This document shows positions 1 through 11,396 of a stretch of 64,000 nt of DNA, in pieces. The stretch is from Elsinoe ampelina. Lineage: Eukaryota. Position 1 is the first letter of the stretch; every line of letters begins with the position of its first letter. The position numbers and the translations under genes are program-made. Location of the stretch: the NCBI GenBank assembly GCA_010093995.1, contig ML992503.1:1355234-1419233 (forward strand). The letters run 5' to 3'. The notes under the pieces were generated by a model. It was not told where the DNA came from and made no database searches. It saw only the letters and a program-made list of their open reading frames with translations.

Positions 1-817
1 GAAGTCCTTGTCCAGGCCATCATCTCAGCGAAACGGTTAGCGGCGAAGAACAATTTCCCTTCTGGATCCATCGTCTGATCTCTTGTTTCCAAGCTCACAC
101 TTGCTGATACTTCTTTGCCGGTTTTAGTAGGTTTATCCGCAACAATATCACCATCACCCCTATGAGATACCTCCACAATTGGCGCGACGTCAACACTGCA
201 TGCAGCAGCATCTTCAATGCGTAAGCCTCTCCTGTCAGGTCGAACGACCGGGACCTCGTGCTGACTCGTGAGAACATGGGAAAGTGCTTCGAATAAAACC
301 TTGGGCATATTGGCGAGAGTGGCTGAGTATAGTCCGCTGGTCCCGTTGTCGAGCCAAAAGAGGCCATTGTCCAAATCGATGGTAATGCTTCGTTCTGGTG
401 AATGCCCATCGTTGAAAGGCAAACAGACCGGCCACACCCGCGGCTCGGTCCACAACTTGTTTGTTTTGTGCCATGGGGCAATATGAGTTTCGACACCTCT
501 GCTGAGGACCTGATCTGGCGTGATTGTGTAGTGTGCCGTAAGCGTAGAGTCCAACATCTCGATTTCCTTGCGTTGTACTTTGCACCAATTTTCGATCTCG
601 GTGGGGCTAAGGTCAGCCTCCAAGTTCGGTACTTGCTCCTCAGTATCATATCGCCATTTGGTGTTGATGCTGTATGAAAACCCTTCAGACATTAGTTGCG
701 CTCTTGCCTTTACAGCACGTGGATACCTTTGTGACGGTAGGTGACAAGAACACGTTCTCTCGTGACGATGAAGCCGCTTGCACCGCCCCGCGGGCCAGAT
801 GTGGTGACTCGATCCAT
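1..817 (-). CDS. Uncharacterised fungal protein (3' end runs off the window); probable paralog of 1872..3682
   Basis: Manual model: ATG 817, intron ~726..683 (GTATCC...CTAAT...AAG), then open to base 1: MDRVTTSG...YRHK|GFSY...RSITIDLDNGLFWLDNG...KLFFAANRFAEMMAWTRT. This frame is absent from the ORF track. Confidence 0.6.
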
Positions 818-1014
818 GTCGTAAGCCAGATTGAATGTATTTGAGATCGACGATCGAAGTTTCGACAGTGATAGATGTTATTTGGATCAGTTTCTGCAGT
901 GCTCCACAGTGGGCTGTGCAGTTGTTACGAGTGGATGATAAGTGGCGACTCCTTACGGTGGTGCGAGGTTGTGAAAAATTCTAGGTGAGGTTGATATGAC
1001 AAGGTGAGGGCTCG

Positions 1015-1403
1015 GGAGGTAAGTGAGATATGTATTGAAGGCTTGTCATCATACGCCTTAATCACATGCCTGGTGAGCTAAGCACCAACTCCAACCGGCA
1101 AAGCGGCTAAAAGGTTTTTGTTCAGCCTAGTCAAGTTGAAGATGATGTGAGAAAGTGAAGTATCCAGGAGGTGAGAGAGATATGTATTGATGGCCTTTCA
1201 TCACGCGCCTGGAGTGAGCTTCCAGCTGGAACCAACAAAGTGGCAAAAAAGCTCTTGTTCACCTTGATCTAGTTGGAGACAACAAGTAAGAGTGAAGTCT
1301 TCAGGAGGTGAGAGGTATGTATCGAAGGCTGTCACCACATGCCTGAAGTGAGCTACCAGCTCGGTCGGACCAGCAAAATGGCAAAAAAGCTCTTATTCAC
1401 CTT
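1015..1403. repeat. Degenerate tandem repeat, 3 copies of ~140-150 bp
   Basis: Blocks GGAGGT..GAG(A/G)TATGTAT(T/C)GA.GGC, GTGAGCT and GGC(A/T)AAAA..TT.TTCA recur in units starting ~1015, ~1167 and ~1304. Confidence 0.8.
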
Positions 1404-1441
1404 AACAACTAGACCGGTGTACCAGGGCTTCTCAACTCATT

Positions 1442-1581
1442 CCGAGGAGAACTTGATTTGAACCCGGGGCCTTTGCTCTGAGTCAGAGCTGCGCTGAAGA
1501 AGGTGATGGCCCAAACTCGGTCGACTGCTTGTGAGGGCAGAAGACTTGGTTTTACTACTTAACCACTTGAGCTACGCTCGC
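1442..1581 (-). pseudogene. tRNA-like relic or tRNA-derived element
   Basis: Minus strand begins GCGAGCGTAGCTCAAGTGGTTAAG (A-box/D-arm like) and has GGTTCAAATC (B-box) at 1464..1455; T-stem and acceptor pairing are broken. Confidence 0.55.
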
Positions 1582-1871
1582 GCGGTTGTTCGATGGGGGG
1601 GTAGCTGACAAAGTGACGTTATATAGTTAGTGATCTTGAAAGGGGACTTGATGGCATATGGTCGGAATCGAGGAAGGACTGAGAGAGAAATTCGTAGATA
1701 TTCACCTGAAAGCGATGGGTCATGCTTGCGTGAATCAAGGAAATCGAAATTATTACAACCTGTCGTGCTCGGAGTCTGCCCAACGTTCGAGGCTGGAGAG
1801 GATCGCAACAGGATCCTTCCAAGTACGCCGCTGCTCTACGTAGCCCCGTTCTCAAGCCTCGAGACACCACC

Positions 1872-3682
1872 TCACCCAAAGAGATTGGCGTTGTCCGGGT
1901 CGTTCCACAGCATAACCCTCTTGCCCTTCTCCCTTCCCAGCACCGGCACCATGTTGCCCTTCATATCAGCACCGGGTCCTACCACATCCGTCTTCCCGTC
2001 CGCCTTGCGGATTACCTCCGTCCCGTCATTGCCGATGATACAGCGTCTGTTGCACCACGAGCGGAACAATCTGGATGCCTGTCTACACTTGTCGCGTGTC
2101 TGCAAGTTCGCCTTGTCCATTATCATGCAGAAGATCTCGGGGGGGAAGCTATCGTGGGCGGCGAGGGGCTTGAGTCTGGACCTTGGTCAGTCAAATGTCC
2201 TGTGCAATGGAGATCCTGGTGGCGCACTTCTCGTTGGCGACGGCTTCGAACAGATGGTGGACAGCGGCGAACGCGTCGATTGATTCGTCGACACGAAATT
2301 GCGCAGGAATAGTTCCAGGAAGTGCGAGACCAAGAGTGTTATTGACGACGCGCTCACGATTCAAATCGCGGCTGAGGAAGTCGTCGGCTTGAGGAAGTAG
2401 CTTGAGAATGTTCGTGTGCTCGATATGACCGTCGTCGAATACCTTGACAAGTACAACGTGGGTGATGGAGAGAATGAGTCCGTGGAAGCAGCTTTTGCCG
2501 TTGGTTCTCCCGTGCTGTACCATCTTTGCTGTCGCGGCTTTGGCACTGGATGGATAATGTAGTGTCGCACAGAGATGTATCAATACCCCAGCGTGCCAGT
2601 AGAACAACTCTCCGGGAGCATTGAAGATTGATTGGCCTGGTAGTCGAGCATTCAGCTCATGCGACATGAGAGGTATCCACTCTTTCTGATCGCCATCTTC
2701 GTCTAGTGCCGAGCTGTACATCCATTCAGCAAGTATCCATGGCTTGAACAAGTCCTCCCTCCATGCCGTGTGTTCCTCGATGACCAGCGAGTGATTTGTG
2801 CCACTCAGAAGATGCACCGTAGCCCAGGCAATCTCCTTGAATATGACATCCTGCTCGGTCAAACGCCAAAGGCACTGTGGCAGCTCGGATAAGCCATGCA
2901 TCCATCGACTGTAGATCGCATCAGAGACCAGTCGCGAAATTTGTATGCCGGATTCCAGCCTTGCAGATTCCCTGGGTGTCACAATTTTTGGTCTCATGCT
3001 GTTGTAGACTGATATGGTCGCTCTGTCGGGAGTGTTGTCGGGTACACGCGCGTAATGTTCGCTGAGCTGCTGAAGCTGCTGAAGACGCCCAGTCATACTC
3101 TCGGTATCTCCAAATTGCAGTCCTGTCACTCCACTTCGGATGAAACTGCCTGCAGAATCAAGGACAGCAAATGGCACCGCGTAATGGTAGGGCCACCTAT
3201 TGTTCAGCAAAACGCCCAGATCCGGTAATTTGTCAAGGTGGAAGCGGAAGTGATTAGATCCTTGATCGATAAGTAGTAGATCACTGTCTAGATCAATGAC
3301 GAGCGTCCACGCGTCTGCGTGATTCGGTGACCAGATAAATGGCGCTCGAATCAAGTGGTAGTCCTCTGCCAGATCAGAAGTCACCTCAAACGAGCTTTCG
3401 AGCTCTCCGGGATCCAAATTCCTCACTCCGGTATCGAAGGCATTGTGTAGGCTCTCGTGATATTCCATCATCTCCTTGTGCCATCTCTGGTACTTCCTCG
3501 ACGATGTCGTAGGGATCTTCGCAACAATATCGCCAACAACGTCGGCGATGTTGAAAACGTGGTGGTCTGCATAATATCGTCCTGTAAGCTCGCGTCAGCG
3601 TACGTTTTCGCGCCATCACGCGTCATTGTCTACCTTTGTAGAGCACCGCGGTCCATCCGGACATGGCGGCCCATCCAGACAT
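1872..3682 (-). CDS. Uncharacterised fungal protein with C-terminal F-box-like motif (3 exons)
   Basis: ATG 3682; introns 3633..3582 and 2227..2176 join ORFs 2191..3471 and 1872..2126. N-term VLYK|GRYY...KIP...KYQRW; C-term FPPEIFCMIMDKANLQTRDKCRQASRLFR. Confidence 0.7.
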
Positions 3683-3838
3683 GGCGACTTCATCCAATGA
3701 TTGTGAAAATTGGGGTGGGGAACTTCAATGGGTTCGAAGGACGTGCTACCTTGTGACTGGGAGAGAAATCCAGCTTTAATGCGTGGCCAGTGCGTTGTCA
3801 CATGCCAGACCAGAAGACCTTCGGGGCACTTCAATATC

Positions 3839-4741
3839 TCATCGATTGCCTTCCCACACGTCTCTTCCCCGCGAGACTGGACCAAGTCTCCATTGCCTGT
3901 CGAATCTCTTACCACGATCTCCCGCGCCTAACTCACGCACTTCCCTCTCCTCGTCTGTCTCGTCAAAAGGCACGCCATCATCACTCTGAGATAGCATCAT
4001 CCGCTTCTGCAGCCAATTTCCATACCTCCCGTCACCCAAACTTCCCATGACCTTCGCTAGCCTGACCCCACGTACGTCTTCAAACGGTCCAAGCACAGCA
4101 AAGTCACAACTACCATACATTGCCTGCACGACCTCGACCGTGAGCTGGTCGCAGCCCGTGAAAGCGTCTCGTGCCTGCTCAGGGGTGAAGCGCAGATCGA
4201 CATCCAGCCTAACCAATATATGCCATCTCTTGATCCTGGACCCGAGGTGGGGCGGTACAGGTCGGTGACGAACGAGGTAGTAGGGTAATGAAGTAAGCAG
4301 AGTAGGATGAGCAGTGAAGACAAGGGAATAGAGAGACGGGTATGCTTCCTCGTGTATCCGCCTGCAAGTGCTCAAGATGGCTGGATGGAGTTTGTTCTGT
4401 ACGACCGCCACGGTGACCGAGGGTGAGAGCAGTAGATAAGAGTAGATCTGATGTCGTATCTCAAAGGGCAGGCGGAACAAAGGTGATTGATGTTGGCAAT
4501 TCATTGTTCTGGTGGCTACCTTTGAGGTCGCCGGGGCTGGGTCATTGGGACGAGCAAGGTCGATATCAGAGATACAAAGACATTCGAGCAAAGGATGACA
4601 TCTCGACACACGATGAGGTGTGGTCACAGGGGACGTGCTCCGGTCGCGGGGCCTGCATGGAACATGATACGGTGGGTCAGATCCCAACTTGTGCAGTGCA
4701 TCACGACCTGCCAAGACGTCACCGACAACAACACTGCTCAT
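3839..4741 (-). CDS. F-box-like domain protein
   Basis: SPLFRLPFEIRHQIYSYLL...AILSTCRRIHEEAYPSLY is typical of fungal F-box-like proteins; true start may be the internal MNCQ. Confidence 0.7.
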   Translation of the reverse strand: MSSVVVGDVLAGRDALHKLGSDPPYHVPCRPRDRSTSPVTTPHRVSRCHPLLECLCISDIDLARPNDPAPATSKVATRTMNCQHQSPLFRLPFEIRHQIYSYLLLSPSVTVAVVQNKLHPAILSTCRRIHEEAYPSLYSLVFTAHPTLLTSLPYYLVRHRPVPPHLGSRIKRWHILVRLDVDLRFTPEQARDAFTGCDQLTVEVVQAMYGSCDFAVLGPFEDVRGVRLAKVMGSLGDGRYGNWLQKRMMLSQSDDGVPFDETDEEREVRELGAGDRGKRFDRQWRLGPVSRGRDVWEGNR

Positions 4742-4828
4742 CCAGGTTCCAGGAATTTCAGTGTTTGATTAACGACTTTACGCAGCGCACCACTCTGACA
4801 TTTCAAATTAGCTCATGGACCGGTCGTA

Positions 4829-7680
4829 ATGTGGAGGCAAACCTCCTCGCGGCTTGTCCGTTCACCAAATGCACAAGCACTACCTCAGCAAATAGTCCGA
4901 TCCTATACGCGACCCTCTTCGAGCCTCCTACGAATCGCTCAGAGTCCACGTCTACGCAGTAAACGAACATGGCCGCCAAATACTTTTGCAATGCACAATG
5001 TGCCAGCTGTCAGACATGCATCCTTCGCAAGGGTCATTCCACAGCTGGCCATGAAGCTCATTCGAGTCCCTGCAATGCTCGGAGCTGTCACGATTAGTGG
5101 GTTGGCATACATTCAATATCAGGCGGCACAGGCGGGAACTTGGGCCGTTGACATATTCGGTCGGGCGAAAGACTCGGCGACAACGGGCGCGACAACTGTT
5201 ATTGATGGTGCGGGAAACATCTACGACCGGATAGGAAATGGTTGGCGGCGGACGGTAGATCAAGTGGAGCTGCCGGATTGGATGAGGGGAATCATGGAGG
5301 CGAAGAAGGAGGAGACTGGTGGTGGTGGCGGTGGGCCAGAGCCAAAGGAGAGCAGAGCAGGACCAGTAGCTGCTGGAGCCGCAACAGCCACGGCGTTCGC
5401 TATGGATGAGGATGGAGCTGAGGACCAACGGACGGACGCTGCTGCTGCGAGGGACGACCAGATGATGATGCTCACCAAGAAGATGATTGAGATCAGGAGT
5501 CTTCTCCAGACAGTCGGACAATCAGAGACGCTCACATTGCCATCGATCGTGGTCATCGGCTCGCAGTCGTCAGGCAAGAGCTCTGTCCTCGAGGCCATCG
5601 TCGGTCACGAGTTTCTACCCAAAGGCTCGAACATGGTTACAAGGCGACCGATTGAGCTCACTTTGGTCAACTCTCCAAAAGCAACTTCGGAGTATGGAGA
5701 GTTCCCGACCCTGGGCTTGGGCAAGATCACCGACTTTTCGCAGATCCAAAGAACGCTGACCGATCTCAACCTCGCTGTTCCCGAGGAACAATGCGTATCG
5801 GACGATCCTATCCAGCTTAAGATCTTCTCACCGCACGTCCCAGATCTATCCCTCATCGATCTGCCCGGCTACATCCAGGTCGTCAGCGAAGGTCAACCCA
5901 CAGAGCTCAAGGAGAAGATTGCACAACTCTGCGACAAGTACATTCAGCCACCCAATGTCATTCTTGCCATCTCAGCAGCCGATGTCGATCTTGCAAACTC
6001 GACCTCCCTTCGTGCATCACGCCGGGTAGATCCTCGAGGTGAACGTACCATTGGAGTCATCACCAAGATGGATCTTGTCGACCCAAGCCGTGGTGCTGCA
6101 ATCTTGACAGACAAGAATTATCCACTTCGGTTGGGCTACGTCGGCGTCATCTGCAAAGTACCAGCGACATCGTCATCATTATTCTCACGAGGCTCAGCTC
6201 CCTTGACTGCGGCTCTCACAAAGCATGAAGCTTCCTACTTCAAGGCTCATCCAGAATTTGCAGCCGATCAACTCACCGTTGGCACTCCTTCGTTACGACG
6301 AGTACTCATGCGCACTCTCGAAGCGAGCATGTCAGCATCGCTCTCCACAACCGCTCGCCATATCCGCTCAGAGCTCGACGAAGCCACGTACGAGTTCAAA
6401 GTACAGTATAACGAACGACCACTATCGGCCGAGACTTATCTCGCCGAATCCGTCGACGCTTTCAAGCACTCATTCCGCTCCTTCGCCGACTCCTTTGGTA
6501 GAAACGAAGTCCTCGCCCTCCTCAAATCCGAACTCGACCAACAAGTCCTGAACCTCCTCGCACAACGCTACTGGAATCGACCCCTCGAAACCCTTGACTC
6601 AACCGACGAGACCTCCCTTACCCTTCTCGCCGCCCTTCCCAACACCAAATCCCCACCCTCCGACGAAGCAGAACTCTACCGCATCAAACTCGACGCCTCC
6701 GTCGCCTCTCTCACCAAACTCGGCATCGGCCGCCTCGCCTCCACCGTCGTCGCCACTAACCTCTCCGAACAAATATCCGCCCTCATCGCCTCGAGCACCT
6801 TCTCCTCCTCCCCCTTCGCCTGCTCCGCCATCCAAGACGCCGCAGCCAACATCCTCCGCGAACTCAGCTACGACACCTCGGACGAGCTCGAAATCTGCCT
6901 CAAACCATACAAATTCCGCATCGACCTCTCCGACGCCGATTGGTCGCGAGGGAGGGACAACATCGCCTCCGTCCTCAAGTCGGAACTCAAAGACTGCGAA
7001 CGCGCCCTCGGCACCGTAGAAGACGGCATGGGCGGCCGGCGCAAAGCCAAAGACGTGGTCTCGTTCATCGACAAGGTGCGCAAAGGCGAAGTCGCGCTCG
7101 AAGGGACGAATGTCTCTTCCGGCGCCGGGGGTTTCAGCGCAGAACTCCTCCGACGAGGACGCGAGGCTGTTTTCCTGCGTGATCGGGCGGAAGTGTTGAG
7201 GTTGCGCATCAAAGCTGTCACGAGCAGGGGCTGCGCGAAGAAGGAGGAGAAGTACGCTTGTCCTGAAGTGTTCCTCGATGCTGTGGCGGGGAAGTTGGCG
7301 GAGACGAGTGAACTGTTCCTTGGTGCGGAGTTGGTGGGGAAGTTTGAGTGGTTGGTACGTGTCACTTTTCCTTGTTCCCTTTCCCTGTTCCCCCTTTATC
7401 TCGCTTCTTTGCAGTCTCGTACTAACGACCATAGTTCCCCAGAGAGCTAGACGCCAAGTTCCGCGCCCTCACGCCGCAGCAGCTCGAGCAGTTCGCGCGC
7501 GAAGATCCAAAGGTTAGGAGACACTTGGATGTTGTGCGGCGGAAGGATTTGCTGGAGCGGGTGCTGGGCGAGATGGAGGCGTTGAAGGCGTTGGAGCAAG
7601 CGGAAGGGAGGAGGAGGAGGCAGGATTGGGGGGAGCGGGAAGGGGTGGGGAAGGGGAGGGGGTGGAAGTTGTTCCAGTAA
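4829..7680 (+). CDS. MGM1: Mitochondrial dynamin-like fusion GTPase (Mgm1/Msp1/OPA1)
   Basis: Arg/Ser-rich presequence, TM segment, GSQSSGKS, DLPG and TKMD motifs; intron 7355..7434 then FPRELD...FAREDPKVRRHLD, TAA at 7680. Confidence 0.95.
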
Positions 7681-7790
7681 TTAAAGAGAGAGAGGGATGG
7701 AAGGGAGGGGGGAAAGGAGGGGCACGCAAGGGGTCACGGCCGATATGATACCACTCTGCTTGTTGATTTGGTCAAGGCGTTGGGTTTAGT

Positions 7791-7860
7791 ACAGACAGAC
7801 GTACAGACAGACGGACAGACAGACGGACAGACAGACGGACAGACAGACGGACAGACACAG
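7791..7860. repeat. Microsatellite (ACAGACAGACGG)n
   Basis: About 5-6 copies of a 12-bp ACAG-based unit between convergent genes. Confidence 0.9.
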
Positions 7861-8019
7861 GGAAGAATCGCGACTCAGTGTGCTTCATTTTCAATAGTCT
7901 CATTTCGTGACTTCTCGCTAAGCAGTCTGCAGAAGTGTTGTGTCGTTGCTCGTCAGCCATCATGCTGTGCACTTGCGCATAGTGCGCGCTGCTCGTTGCT
8001 GCTGCCAGGGATGATCTTC

Positions 8020-9780
8020 TCATTCGTCCTTGGTCTCTTCCTGCGCCGTTCCCATGGAATCTACTGTGGCTGGAGTCTCTTTAGGGTCTCTGGTGGTGGT
8101 GATGGATACCTTGGGGTCTTCTGCCGCGATGGCTTCTTTGGCATCCTCTGCGGTGATCGGTCCTTTGGAGTCCTCTGTGGCGAGGGCATCATCGGAGATT
8201 TTGGTAGCGATCGTGCCTTCGGACTTTTCTGCGGGGAGTACCTCGTTGGAGTCGTCCGCGACGGCCGCGATCTTGGACGCCTCTGGATCGAGCTTCTCCT
8301 CGGATGCCTTCGAGACGATTGCTTCCTCAAAGTCCTCTGTGGCGCTCATCTTCTTGGACTCTTCTGGCTCGTTGATCACCTTGGACTCTTCGGGCGTGAT
8401 CATCTCCTTTGTGTCTTTGGCCATGACCGTCTCCTTAGAATCTTCGGGCATGACCATCTTCTTGGACTCTTCGGGCGCGGTCATTTCCTTGTGATCTTCT
8501 GTTGTGACCATATTCTTGGAGCGCTTTGTCCTGCTCACCTCCTTGCCATCGGCCGCATTGAATACCACTGTGTACCTCTCCCTCCCATGCAGCTGGTTGA
8601 ACTCTCCTGCCGTCATCTCTTCAGTATTTTTCGACGCCGTATCCTTTGGTGCATGCACCCCAACCTCACTGGACTCCTCAACCTTGACTTCCTTGTCTCC
8701 CTCCAGCCTCATCTCTTTCAACAACTCATTCACACTCTTCTTCTCCCCCCTCTCCTTCCTGCCCTTCCCAGCGGCCACTACCTTCTTCTCAATTCTAGGC
8801 GGCCCATTTTCCTTCTCCCACTCCTCATCCTTCTCCAACTTCAACTCCGCCCATTCATACTTGAAGCTCTCCCTCCAGTGTTCCACGTCGCGCTCTTTGG
8901 CGACCTCGTTTCCCTCGCGGTCTTTCCAGGTCCATTTGCGTTTGAGAAGGTCTTTGAGAGCGACGCTGTGAGGAGGGCAGAAAGCAACGTCAGTGAGGCG
9001 GTAGTAGCCATGGAAGAGGAACAAGTCGTTGTCTTTGTTGCCGCGGCCGTGCTGGACTTGGTTGTAGACGGCGATGCGGGGGCTGGCCTCGGTAGAGAGG
9101 CCGGGATCGATGACCTGGTCGCAAGAAGCTGGTTGGGTGCAAATATCTGGAGCCTGTTCCGCCATGGAGGAGGCGAGGTATTGGTCAGCTGTCATGGTAG
9201 TTTTGGTGGAGGAAACGGTGGCTTTCGGTTCATTGGAGTCATCCGTAGTGCTGTTGGGCTCCTCTACTGGGGTTACGGCAGATGGGGCACCTTTGGAAGG
9301 ACCTGTGTCGCCCTTGGCATCCTCCTCTGCGGGTTCTTCGGTAGTTTTGCCGCGAAGCTCACCACCAACGGGTGAAGTCTCTTCTGCCTTCAAGAAGTCG
9401 TCGAGTGTGACACCGGAACTTCCTGGTCCCTTTTTGGTGCGGTAACGGTGAAGCAAGCCGAGCTGAGACTTGACGAAGATCACACCGTCGGTGTAGAATT
9501 GAGGGTTGGCATTCGTATGAAGTAATATAAAGACCAATTCCTTGGGCTTCTCGGCGCTTCCGTTGAGTGTGCTGCGCTGGATACTGACTTTACCATCGCG
9601 ACCGGGCATCGCATCCTCGCGAGCAGTGGGGAAATAGTGACACAAGACGTCAGCTGCTGAAAGTGCTGAAGGATCTGGTTGGGCTCTAGCCTTGTACCTG
9701 TTCCCACCGTACGAGCGATTGTTTGACTTTTCTTTGAAAGAAGCGCCATCCTGGCGCCTCCAAGGAGGAACGTCTGTCAT
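8020..9780 (-). CDS. Hypothetical protein with acidic C-terminal 9-aa repeats
   Basis: 586-aa ORF; globular blocks LVFILLHTNANP...IFVKSQL and FLFHGYYRL...P.S..LKDLLKRKW; tail of (M/I)xxPE(E/D)SKx repeats. Confidence 0.75.
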   Translation of the reverse strand: MTDVPPWRRQDGASFKEKSNNRSYGGNRYKARAQPDPSALSAADVLCHYFPTAREDAMPGRDGKVSIQRSTLNGSAEKPKELVFILLHTNANPQFYTDGVIFVKSQLGLLHRYRTKKGPGSSGVTLDDFLKAEETSPVGGELRGKTTEEPAEEDAKGDTGPSKGAPSAVTPVEEPNSTTDDSNEPKATVSSTKTTMTADQYLASSMAEQAPDICTQPASCDQVIDPGLSTEASPRIAVYNQVQHGRGNKDNDLFLFHGYYRLTDVAFCPPHSVALKDLLKRKWTWKDREGNEVAKERDVEHWRESFKYEWAELKLEKDEEWEKENGPPRIEKKVVAAGKGRKERGEKKSVNELLKEMRLEGDKEVKVEESSEVGVHAPKDTASKNTEEMTAGEFNQLHGRERYTVVFNAADGKEVSRTKRSKNMVTTEDHKEMTAPEESKKMVMPEDSKETVMAKDTKEMITPEESKVINEPEESKKMSATEDFEEAIVSKASEEKLDPEASKIAAVADDSNEVLPAEKSEGTIATKISDDALATEDSKGPITAEDAKEAIAAEDPKVSITTTRDPKETPATVDSMGTAQEETKDE

Positions 9781-10231
9781 GGCGTAAGGCAGTGTGTGAT
9801 TTTACTGTTAGCGATCCTTTTGTGTTCAGTGAAAGGATGTGAGGTTTGGAGAAAAGAGACAATTGTGATCAATTTGCGAAGTGAAGATTGCCGCTCACGC
9901 CCCACCATGAACCACACCATCGGTACTCACCCAGGCACGTGCTGCACATCCATCAGGCATTCAGTTTTACATACGCTGCGAACGATAATGAGAATACGAC
10001 ATACGACGAAGACCACAACGACAACATCTACGATGAATACTTCTTCGTTGTCCTTGTGTCCTTCGTCCAACCACACAATGCTTGTGCCACCCACAAATCG
10101 ATCACAAGCAATTCCCGCGATGTGGTACAGGACAACCAAAGGTTGGATCAGACCTGTCGTCCTCTGGATCATAAATCAGCGCATTCTCCCAGACTACGAG
10201 CCACGGACAAGCAGATCGAATCACTCCCAAC

Positions 10232-11191
10232 ATGCAGGCACCACACTCCTCATACGTCCAAAGCTGGGATTCCCTCGTGCCACACCGTGATGTCTTTGCA
10301 CGCTTCTTAAGAAAGCTCGGTCTCTCAGAACGCATCGGCATAATCCAGAGAACAACGCTACGCAACGATGAGGATCTGGACCGGGATATGCCTCATCCGG
10401 TGTATGCAGTCATTGTAGTGTTGAAGCAGGAGTTATCGTCCGGCACTGCTGTGGATATCCTTGACGACGAATTTCGACGCCCGCGACCGGATGAGGCCAT
10501 ACCTTGCTTCCAGAGATCCATCGGTGGTGCACGAAGCATGTTCGCCTTTTTCAACGCCCTCGTCAACTCACCTCTCCAGTATTGTTGTGGTAGGTACACT
10601 TAATCAGATATGGCTCGTTGCTGATGGCATCGAACAGATACAGAAACCAGTCTTTCGTTCTTCATGACCCAATCTCAAGGAAATCGGGAACACTTCCTTC
10701 GATGCAATGGCGGGCTACGAGAAGACTACCATGATGCCATCCGCTTCGGAATTGAGCGACTGGGTCGCAACATCAAGGCCGCGTATAATTCGGAAAGTCG
10801 ATATCTCTGCTTCTTCAAGCAGACCGCCTTTGCCAACAAGCTTTGGGTCTGGGACAGTGATCCGGAACGACTGATGGTGACTGATGTTGGAAGTCGAGAG
10901 AGTGGATGCCTTAAAGGTCGCTCCCTCGGCTTCATCAGAAATACCATCGGTCAGCCAGAACTCTTCGGCGAACCACCACCAGACATGATCCTCTGTCTGG
11001 CCGATGAAGATGAGATAATCCGGCAACTCGAAGCATTGCGGAAGAGGGAAGAGAGGCTGAGGGGCGAAGAAGCAGACGACGAAGGAGAGTACCTGTACCC
11101 GGCGCAGGTCAAGGTTGAAGATCCGAGGCGGAAGGGCAGAAGCTCGAGGGCGGGTCAAGGGAGGACAGCCAGTGGCATATCGCCATCATAG
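10232..11191 (+). CDS. Ubiquitin C-terminal hydrolase (peptidase C12)-like protein, predicted catalytically inactive
   Basis: Intron 10590..10637 joins two ORFs; VFARFLRKLGLS, MPHPVYAVIVV, CFQRSIGGARSMFAFFNALVN, SRYLCFFKQ and KLWVWDSD align by eye to UCH-L3/Yuh1 motifs. Confidence 0.7.
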
Positions 11192-11396
11192 TGTTGATAG
11201 AAGAAACAGAGACGGTAGACAGTCAGTCAGTACTGCTAAGCGGGAGATCCAGACAACGACCTGAAGAGTGTGGTAAGATGACAAGCTTAAGTTATCCAGC
11301 ATTTGTTACCTATGACGTCCTGGCATGTGATGTAGGGTTAGGGTTGTTTTCTGATATTCGTCTTTCTCGACCACTTTATATTGCATCTTTCCAACA

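Noticed and set aside
95..649. 184-aa ORF from the track
   Set aside because: A different frame carries the IDLD motif shared with the neighbouring paralog and stays open to the window edge
1630..2283. 217-aa + strand ORF
   Set aside because: Antisense to the spliced last exons of 1872..3682; non-ATG start
7768..9375. 535-aa + strand ORF with QTDG and LLGLFG repeats
   Set aside because: Antisense shadow of the 8020..9780 gene plus a microsatellite; no ATG start
9796..10310. Overlapping His/Thr-rich ORFs upstream of the UCH-like gene
   Set aside because: No recognisable motif; probably promoter or leader sequence, though an upstream exon cannot be excluded
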